NCBI GenBank assembly: GCA_964447415.1
Contig: CAYUSN010000001.1
Coordinates: 121,727-185,726 of the forward strand
Reading direction: 5' to 3'
DNA from: an uncultured Candidatus Saccharibacteria bacterium
GTDB taxonomy: Bacteria; Patescibacteriota; Minisyncoccia; Phycocordibacterales; EsbW-18
Length of the DNA: 64,000 bases
Part shown: positions 57,914 through 64,000 of the stretch, piece by piece
How the letters are laid out: every line of letters starts with the position of its first letter
Numbering within the stretch: the first letter of the stretch is position 1
Notes under the pieces: generated by a model
Told to the model about the DNA's origin: nothing
The model's database searches: none
The model's input: the letters and a program-made list of their open reading frames with translations, nothing else
Program-made: the position numbers and the translations under genes

Positions 57914-58058
57914 CGTTGACTTCCTTTCTGTGTGGGGAAGGGTGTTTGGGCGAGATTGCCCGAAACCCTCATTCCACTCTACCTATCATTTTAGCACATA
58001 AAATGGCTATTTGTCAATGTACGAAAAAACAAGGTATAGGGGTATATAATCTCGGTAT

Positions 58059-58448
58059 ATGGAACAAGAACCTACTAATAATTCACAACAAAAAGCTGCC
58101 GAAAAGCTGTCACTGGAAGGGAAAAAGTTGTTTTTTGAGCGTGTAGAAAAAGAGGGAATGGATAATCACCTCTCGTTTCTTGTGGAAATCCTTGAGCAAG
58201 ATGATCCGTCGCTCAAGGCGTTATTTGACTACGGAATAGCGCATTTGCCCGCAGACGATAAAAGACCCAACACAGCGCTCGCTTCGTTCTTTTTCTTTAT
58301 TTCTGAAATTGCTTTAATGCCGGAAGAAGCACAGAGTTTTGCAGCGGATTTAATGGTTTTTTGTGAAGAAGACCAGTACTCGCCGCCTGTGATTCGGCGG
58401 GAAAATATTTTACAGGAGTTTGAAAAGGTTAAACCCCTGCTTGCGTAA
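58059..58448 (+). CDS. Hypothetical protein, 129 aa.
   Basis: TTGTCA…TATAAT promoter about 40 nt upstream. No domain recognised. Confidence 0.45.
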   Translation: MEQEPTNNSQQKAAEKLSLEGKKLFFERVEKEGMDNHLSFLVEILEQDDPSLKALFDYGIAHLPADDKRPNTALASFFFFISEIALMPEEAQSFAADLMVFCEEDQYSPPVIRRENILQEFEKVKPLLA

Positions 58449-58484
58449 CCAAACGCAAGCAGGGGTGGTTGGCGGCGGGTGATA

Positions 58485-58703
58485 CTACTTGCGCCTGCCG
58501 CCGAAGATGCCGTGGCCGTGCGCGGTGGTGCGCCCGCTCTCGTGCTCGGTGACGATCACGTGCGAGTGGTCGTTCCGCGAGCCTTCCTTGGCGTTGTCCT
58601 CCGTGCGGAGGGTGTGGCTCTCCGTACGGCCGCCGGACGACTCCGTCTTCTCACGTGTCTCGCCGCCACCGGATGAATCCGAAGACCAAGGTCCCCATCC
58701 CAT
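58485..58703 (-). CDS. Small hydrophilic Gly/Ser/His/Glu-rich protein, 72 aa, with no Cys (…HGHGIFGGRRK).
   Basis: 13-nt perfect Shine-Dalgarno GAAAGGAGGTGAT 4 nt before ATG. This region matches the 5' region of the precursor ORF at 52670 at 19 of 21 positions. About 62% GC. The longer ORF reaches 58712. Confidence 0.4.
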   Translation of the reverse strand: MGWGPWSSDSSGGGETREKTESSGGRTESHTLRTEDNAKEGSRNDHSHVIVTEHESGRTTAHGHGIFGGRRK

Positions 58704-58825
58704 CTGTATCACCTCCTTTCAGGGGGCTTCTTTCCTGAGATCAGTGTGCGCCCGTGAGTAATTTTGTCAACAGTTTTTATTTGAAGTTTTATAAAAAATT
58801 TATCTGACGAAAACCCCGCCCAACG

Positions 58826-58856
58826 AAGCCGTTGGGCGGGGGATAGGAAAGCAGAA
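58826..58856 (-). terminator. Terminator for the 58861-59532 gene (CCCCGCCCAACG-aagc-CGTTGGGCGGGG, T-rich on the minus strand).
   Basis: 12-bp GC stem, followed by TTTTCG on the minus strand. Confidence 0.5.
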
Positions 58857-58860
58857 AGGG

Positions 58861-59532
58861 TCAGAGACCGGACCAGAGGAAGCGGTGCGTCCAGTTGGAG
58901 GAAGTATCGTTGCGGTACGAACCGCAATTTACGCCGGGCGTGCAGTAGTCACCGTCGGGATACATGGATGTGTTCTTGTACCGTGTGGCATTGCCGGTTG
59001 CCATGTATCCGGCATGCACGTGCGTGCCGGTCCAGGCACAGTCACGACCGGAATCATTGACCATGGTGCCGAGCGACTTGATGTTGTATGTCCCGGTACT
59101 TGAAGTGGCGATTGGAAATTCTGCAGTTGAGTTCATCGACGCGTGCGTATACTGCATGACACCGCGAATTTTCAACTCACCGTAGTCGATGAGATACACT
59201 TTTTGTACTTCGCACACTTCAGAACCTGAGGACACGAGGGCACGTCGCCCATAGAGACGATTGGTCTCTTGTGGAGAGTTGCTTCTCGTGAAGATACCGC
59301 GGAACGAGACCAAAAGCGTACTGGTGTTGTCCCAGTCGAGGAAATTGCCGGTGGCACCGTTGTAGCACGCACCGCTATGGAAACCGCAGGTGAGCGCGGG
59401 TGACTGTCCCGTGTTTCCCGAGGGGGGCAACAGATTTGCGCGGTATTGGAACGTGGAAGCACTCGACAATGGAACAGAAGTTCCAAGGAGTGCACCGATG
59501 AGAAGCGGAATGAGCCGGTGCAGACGCATCAC
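58861..59532 (-). CDS. Secreted hypothetical protein, 223 aa, Cys-containing.
   Basis: Signal peptide MMRLHRLIPLLIGALLGTSVPLSSA. Confidence 0.55.
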   Translation of the reverse strand: MMRLHRLIPLLIGALLGTSVPLSSASTFQYRANLLPPSGNTGQSPALTCGFHSGACYNGATGNFLDWDNTSTLLVSFRGIFTRSNSPQETNRLYGRRALVSSGSEVCEVQKVYLIDYGELKIRGVMQYTHASMNSTAEFPIATSSTGTYNIKSLGTMVNDSGRDCAWTGTHVHAGYMATGNATRYKNTSMYPDGDYCTPGVNCGSYRNDTSSNWTHRFLWSGL

Positions 59533-59562
59533 TCTCTCCTTTCTTTGTGTGGTGTTGAGGGA

Positions 59563-60261
59563 CTACTGCGTACGGGTAGTTGAAGCAACGATCTCGACAA
59601 GTTTCATGAATTCGGAGCGGGGAAGTTGAGACACCCGGATGGCGGTCATTCCGAAGGATTCTGGAAAATATGCAGAAGCACGTTCCCAGTAGCCATCTTC
59701 GGTAATCGTGTTAACGATCACCACTTCTCGTCCGGAAACCTTTTGTACTTTGACGCGTTCAACCGCCACGTCAGTTGTGTCGTAATCAGAAAACGATCGG
59801 CCGATGAAGATGTTTGCAGTGTCACCATTGGAAAGGCGATAGATGTAACTTTTGTTTGAACTCATTACACCGCCGTCACAGGCGATTGTGCCGTTGCTTG
59901 GGCTCTCAATATCGAGTACGTACTCTTCCGGCAACTCAATGTCGAGAGTCAAAACACCCGCCTCACTGTCCGGCACAATCCACGACTTGCGCTCCGCACA
60001 CAGATCGTCAAACGTCGTGTACTTCTCGGGGATGGGTGTGCCCTCAGGGGCGAGGAAGATGCCGCCGATTTCGCCGACGAAGCGCGGCTTCCCGCGCTCG
60101 GCGATCACAGCCGGGTCGGTGGGAGGAACCTTCCAGAGTTGATCGTTGCGGCTCTCGCGGTCCGCGAAGAGTTTCGGGTTGAGGTACTGCACGCCGATGT
60201 AACCGGCGAGCACGAGGCCGAGGAACAAGACCGCGGCCGAGATTTTGCTGCTGACGTTCAT
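59563..60261 (-). CDS. Membrane-anchored hypothetical protein, 232 aa.
   Basis: Start MNVSSK with AGAAAGGAAA Shine-Dalgarno. N-terminal TM anchor ISAAVLFLGLVLAGYIGV. The longer ORF reaches 60375. Confidence 0.5.
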   Translation of the reverse strand: MNVSSKISAAVLFLGLVLAGYIGVQYLNPKLFADRESRNDQLWKVPPTDPAVIAERGKPRFVGEIGGIFLAPEGTPIPEKYTTFDDLCAERKSWIVPDSEAGVLTLDIELPEEYVLDIESPSNGTIACDGGVMSSNKSYIYRLSNGDTANIFIGRSFSDYDTTDVAVERVKVQKVSGREVVIVNTITEDGYWERASAYFPESFGMTAIRVSQLPRSEFMKLVEIVASTTRTQ

Positions 60262-60538
60262 GGTGTTTCCTTTCTGGCCGTATGGCCGGTTAGGTGCTGC
60301 GTGAGAGTGACCCTTTCTGCTGTCAATGAACCTCTGAGGCGCACTGTACAGAAGTGAGGATGAAATAAATTTCAAACGCGTTTGTGTTGATAAGGTGACT
60401 CCTCCCAGCGTAGCAAACTAAGATAAAGAAAAGGTAAATTCATTGCATTCACAGCATTGACTTTCTGTGTATCAGTGGTAACTTACTTTTAAGTAACCAA
60501 TCCTGGTTACTCTGATGTTCTTTGAAAGGAGCTGCGTC

Positions 60539-60739
60539 GTGAGCAAAAGCAACGTAGTCCCCGCCGCGGTACCGGACCAGCCGGACACCGCACCCAACAC
60601 CACCGAAGGTCACCGGCCCACCAGGATCAAGCAGGTGCCCGACAACGACCCGCACGGAGCCGAAGTGCTCAAGCCGGGTTCGCCCGGCCGCCGGTTCTCC
60701 CCCGAACGGAGGATGGGCAAGGACGGCTGTGGCTACTAG
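60539..60739 (+). CDS. Candidate RiPP precursor peptide, 66 aa, GTG start, Pro/Asp/basic-rich with a single Cys. C-terminus …RRMGKDGCGY.
   Basis: GAAAGGAG Shine-Dalgarno 8 nt upstream of GTG. Ends 72 nt before the second radical-SAM/SPASM gene, with a hairpin-plus-U attenuator in between. About 62% GC. Confidence 0.45.
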   Translation: MSKSNVVPAAVPDQPDTAPNTTEGHRPTRIKQVPDNDPHGAEVLKPGSPGRRFSPERRMGKDGCGY

Positions 60740-60810
60740 AGCCACACCGAGGCCTCACAGCCCTCCTGATCGCCACGGCGGTCAGGAGGGTTTCTACTTA
60801 TAAGGAGGTT

Positions 60811-62139
60811 GTGGTGAAAAACAAACCGAAGTGGAGCAATTTTCAGACAAGAGCGGTGCTTCCAAACGGGAGCATACTCCTGAAGAGTACGCTTACCGGT
60901 GCCGTGGTTTCGATAGGCTGCCATGCCGAGACCGCGGTGACCAGTTGGATTGACGGGAAGGAAGAAACCATCCCGTCGGTCGTCAAGACACTCCTGGATC
61001 CCAATGTTGGTCTACTCGTTCCTGCTGAGTACGATGAGTACTCCGCATGGCGGGACAAGCTTTTGGATCGACGGAACAACGCCGCACACACCTTTACCCT
61101 CCACTTTCTCCCAACGACACTGTGCCAGCTTGAATGCTCGTACTGTTTCGAGAACGGGAGTCAGCGGATGAAGGGTATGCGGCCGGAGCTTGTGGGGACG
61201 TCGCGCGAGTGGCTTGCAACTTACCTTGCGAACCACCCGGAGATTGACACGGTGCGCCTCGCGCTTTTCGGGGGAGAACCTCTCCTGCAAAAAGACATCG
61301 TCAAGCTCGGGCTGGAAGCATTTCATTCACTCGCTCGCGAGAGAGGGCTCGACTTCTGGACCGAACTGACCAGCAACGCCGAGCTGCTCAACGAAGCGAC
61401 TGCCAAGATGCTGTCCCAACACGAGTGGCGTCGGGTTCAGGTTACGCTCGACGGTCCGGAGGAGGTGCATGATGCTCGGAGACATGGTCGGAACATGCGA
61501 CCGACGTTTGAGAGAATCATGCGCAATGTGCAGATGCTTCTCTCGACCGACTACATTCCAAAGGTCGACATCAGAATTTCCTTCGACCTTTCGAATGCCG
61601 ATCGGGTTCCGGAACTGATTCGGTACCTTGCCGGACTCGACAGGCAGCACCGCATCAACCTGAGTCTTGGGCTCATTACACCAACACTCCAGAACCGTGA
61701 CAATGCGAAAAACGAAGCGCTTCTTGCCGAGAAGGCGCTCGCGGTGTGGAAACTGGCGAAACAGCACGGCTTTGAAATCCCGGGGGAGTTCATCACGGGT
61801 CCGTGGTGTGTGGCCATAGCCAAGCACTCGGCGGTTCTACAACCGGACGGCACCTTGCAGAAGTGCTTCTGTACCGTCGGTCGAGAAGGGTACAACTTCG
61901 GAACGATTTACGAACAACCGAAGGGCGGGTATCTGTACGACTCGCGATTCGAACACTTCCGCCGAACGGATCAGTGCATCGAGGAGAAGTGCCAGTATCT
62001 GCCCATGTGTGGCGGCGGGTGCATCCACGATGCCATAGTTGCGGCCGGCGGCGCAGAAGGGGCTCGCAACCGTTTTTGCCAGAAGACCCTTCTTACCAAA
62101 ATGAACAAAGGTCTCCTGGTACTCAATCATGTTTCCTGA
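60811..62139 (+). CDS. Radical SAM / SPASM-domain peptide-modifying enzyme (second, distinct paralog).
   Basis: CQLECSYC (Cx3Cx2C) radical-SAM cluster. C-terminal SPASM cysteines (…CIEEKCQYLPMCGGGC). AAGGAGG Shine-Dalgarno before GTG. Confidence 0.8.
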   Translation: MVKNKPKWSNFQTRAVLPNGSILLKSTLTGAVVSIGCHAETAVTSWIDGKEETIPSVVKTLLDPNVGLLVPAEYDEYSAWRDKLLDRRNNAAHTFTLHFLPTTLCQLECSYCFENGSQRMKGMRPELVGTSREWLATYLANHPEIDTVRLALFGGEPLLQKDIVKLGLEAFHSLARERGLDFWTELTSNAELLNEATAKMLSQHEWRRVQVTLDGPEEVHDARRHGRNMRPTFERIMRNVQMLLSTDYIPKVDIRISFDLSNADRVPELIRYLAGLDRQHRINLSLGLITPTLQNRDNAKNEALLAEKALAVWKLAKQHGFEIPGEFITGPWCVAIAKHSAVLQPDGTLQKCFCTVGREGYNFGTIYEQPKGGYLYDSRFEHFRRTDQCIEEKCQYLPMCGGGCIHDAIVAAGGAEGARNRFCQKTLLTKMNKGLLVLNHVS

Positions 62140-62167
62140 TGCTCTTTTGCAACACACGTTGTTGCGA

Positions 62168-62200
62168 GGTCACCACCCGGGCGGGAGGTGACCTTTTTTG
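62168..62200 (+). terminator. Intrinsic terminator (GGTCACCACCCGG-gcg-GGAGGTGACC then TTTTTTG).
   Basis: Hairpin plus T6 after the second radical-SAM gene. Confidence 0.55.
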
Positions 62201-62213
62201 TTACCATGGGTTT

Positions 62214-62951
62214 ATGTTCGAACAACATTTACCACACTATATTCATACGTTTGAAAATGATTCCCGGTGGCGGACACGTACGTCAGACCACTACATTTTT
62301 CACTATTTTGAAAACTCAGCCGCCGAAAAGGACATAGACCACATTATAGAGAGGCAAGAAAAGGCATACGCAAAAATTATGTCGTTTCTAAGTGTTCCGG
62401 AACCGAGGCGTCCCATTGAGTATTTTTTCTATCCCGACGAGGACACAAAAAAGGAACTCATGGGTGATGATTGGTACGCGCAGTCTATTTACAACGAGTT
62501 TCGGGTCCACGTGTTGTATACCGAAAAAAATAAACCGCTCGGGGAACACGAAGACACACACCTCCTCTCGCTTCCGTGGGGTCAATCAATCGCATTTTTT
62601 GCCGAAGGGTTAGCTGAATATATGGTCGGACATGCGTGGGACGGGACACCGCATCTACAGTACGTACGAGAAGGGTACGAGAAAAAACTCTACCCGACAC
62701 TTGAGAGTTTTATGCGTCACGACGCGTGGCTTGAAACGGATGACACATACGCTATTTATTTTTATTCTCTTGCGGGGGTGTTTACGTCATTTCTCATTTC
62801 CCGGTTTGGAAAAGAAAAATTTGAAATGGTGTACACACAGCTGAACAGAAAAAATACCAAAGAAGAAAACAGTACGGTGTGTGAGTCAGTACTGGGAACA
62901 AGTATTTTATCCCTGGAGACAGTATTCAAGGATTCTTTAAAAAATGTTTAA
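62214..62951 (+). CDS. Putative zinc metallopeptidase, 245 aa: HExxH (GEHEDTH) plus a downstream Glu (AEGLAEY).
   Basis: HEDTH followed about 18 aa later by ExxxE. Start MFEQHL at 62214. The 5' part of the 61803 ORF overlaps the radical-SAM gene and is an artefact. Confidence 0.5.
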   Translation: MFEQHLPHYIHTFENDSRWRTRTSDHYIFHYFENSAAEKDIDHIIERQEKAYAKIMSFLSVPEPRRPIEYFFYPDEDTKKELMGDDWYAQSIYNEFRVHVLYTEKNKPLGEHEDTHLLSLPWGQSIAFFAEGLAEYMVGHAWDGTPHLQYVREGYEKKLYPTLESFMRHDAWLETDDTYAIYFYSLAGVFTSFLISRFGKEKFEMVYTQLNRKNTKEENSTVCESVLGTSILSLETVFKDSLKNV

Positions 62952-63043
62952 GAAAAGAACCAGGTAACATACTTTCTATTGACGTAAGTAAACTGATTTT
63001 CCATTAGATTTCTCGTCGCAGAGGGACGTTGTAGTATGAGAAG

Positions 63044-63571
63044 ATGAAAGTCCAGGTATTAAAAACAGAACGCCTTATACTCCGCCCTTACGAAGAGGGA
63101 GATATTGTCGCGTGGCAACGGTGGGATACTGACGTGCAGGTCCAAGAGTATCTTCCGGAACCACTGAACAAACCTGTGAGCGATGCGGAGCAACTCGCGT
63201 ATCTCAAAGAATGTCTTGCTGAAGAAGACGGTGCCTACTGGACGATTGTTTTTTCCGAGACACATGAGGTCGTCGGAACAATTTCTCTAAGTGACATTAA
63301 CACATATCACGGCACAGCTGAGATAAATACCGTCATCGGCGAGAAACAATACTGGGGAAAAGGAATCGCTACCGAAGCCACGCGTGCGGTTGTTGACTAC
63401 GCGCGTGACGTTCTCAAGTTACGGCGAATTACGGGCGAGTTTGAAGCCGACAACAAAGGGGTTGCTAAAGTACTTGCCACGAACGGTTTTGTCGAAGAAT
63501 GCCGTTGCAAAGCATCACGAATGAAGCGTGGTGCACCGATTGACACCATCCGCTACTACTTACAACTCTAG
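63044..63571 (+). CDS. GNAT family N-acetyltransferase (RimJ/RimL-like).
   Basis: …LRPYEEGD… N-terminus and motif A (…QYWGKGIATEA…). Confidence 0.75.
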   Translation: MKVQVLKTERLILRPYEEGDIVAWQRWDTDVQVQEYLPEPLNKPVSDAEQLAYLKECLAEEDGAYWTIVFSETHEVVGTISLSDINTYHGTAEINTVIGEKQYWGKGIATEATRAVVDYARDVLKLRRITGEFEADNKGVAKVLATNGFVEECRCKASRMKRGAPIDTIRYYLQL

Positions 63572-63619
63572 GTTTCCCGGTGTTTTGAACCCGAGGGGCG
63601 GGCGTGGTATCCTACAGGC

Positions 63620-64000
63620 ATGACCGACGCATCGAAAAAGAAAGTACTTCTGGTTGACGACGACGCGTTTTTCTCGAAGCTCTACCAAAAGAAGGCGGAG
63701 CAGTATCCGCTTGAGTTCCGCGTTGCCGGCAGCGGTAAGGAGGCGCTTGAACTTCTTAAAAGCGGCGCGTTTGTTCCCGACAAAATTCTTCTTGATATCA
63801 ACATGCCCGACATGGACGGCGTCGAAGTACTGCGCGAGATACGGGAACAGAACCTCGTGCCGAATGCAAAGATATATATTCTCTCAAACACGCATGAAGC
63901 GGAGTACGCCGACGACTACAAAAAACTGAAGATTGACCGCTTTATCCCGAAGACCGCACTCCTGCCCTCACAGCTTCTTGAAGCACTCACCAACGGCAAC
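63620..64000 (+). CDS. Response regulator receiver domain protein, 3'-truncated by the window edge.
   Basis: Hand translation of the frame starting at ATG 63620 gives MTDASKKKVLLVDDD…LLDINMPDMDG…IPK, a receiver domain. This frame has no stop inside the window. Confidence 0.7.
   Translation, partial: MTDASKKKVLLVDDDAFFSKLYQKKAEQYPLEFRVAGSGKEALELLKSGAFVPDKILLDINMPDMDGVEVLREIREQNLVPNAKIYILSNTHEAEYADDYKKLKIDRFIPKTALLPSQLLEALTNGN

Noticed and set aside
57380-57919. 179-aa plus-strand ORF.
   Set aside because: G/P/H/E-rich junk overlapping the minus-strand membrane protein gene, which has a Shine-Dalgarno and clear TM helices.
60449-60745. 98-aa minus-strand ORF overlapping the precursor-like ORF at 60539-60739.
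   Set aside because: No Shine-Dalgarno and Gly/Ala/Val-rich antisense-type composition. The plus-strand ORF has a Shine-Dalgarno and sits in operon context with the radical-SAM gene. Without comparative data the strand choice is not certain.

Overview
Mostly coding window with about 50% GC, with several islands near 60% GC and a 36-40% AT-rich stretch. It looks like a Patescibacteria/CPR-like genome: rpsE is followed directly by rplO with no L30 gene, and the housekeeping genes have no recognisable Shine-Dalgarno.

Backbone genes: tig, ppa, nusA, a GIY-YIG ORF, rplJ-rplL, tuf, rpsJ, then rplC-rplD-rplW-rplB, rpsS-rplV-rpsC-rplP-rpmC-rpsQ-rplN-rplX-rplE, rpsN(type Z)-rpsH-rplF-rplR-rpsE-rplO-secY-adk-map, ndk, a beta-CASP RNase, a LOG-family protein, rplT-rpmI-infC (minus strand), two GNATs, a histidine kinase and a 3'-truncated response regulator.

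Accessory content:
- Six giant secreted repeat proteins: two with PKD-like and InlB-B-like repeats, three tandem paralogs with SBBP beta-propeller repeats, and one propeller/FN3/Ig-like protein.
- An 861-aa orphan protein plus a type IV coupling protein-like (VirD4/TraG-like) ATPase, sitting where the alpha operon would normally be.
- Two separate radical-SAM/SPASM loci, each with an adjacent small precursor-like ORF and a downstream HExxH protein. These look like RiPP-like maturation systems.
- A SET-domain protein.

Two intergenic repeat families are not explained by the genes:
- A hairpin element with conserved tips ATCCAGCAC...GTGCTGGAT at four loci, one of which encloses the GIY-YIG ORF.
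- A ~125-bp imperfect palindrome (CGAAATTCGAAA...TTTCGGATTTCG) in intergenic gaps of the ribosomal operons, with three full copies and one half copy.

I found no rRNA, tRNA or CRISPR array.
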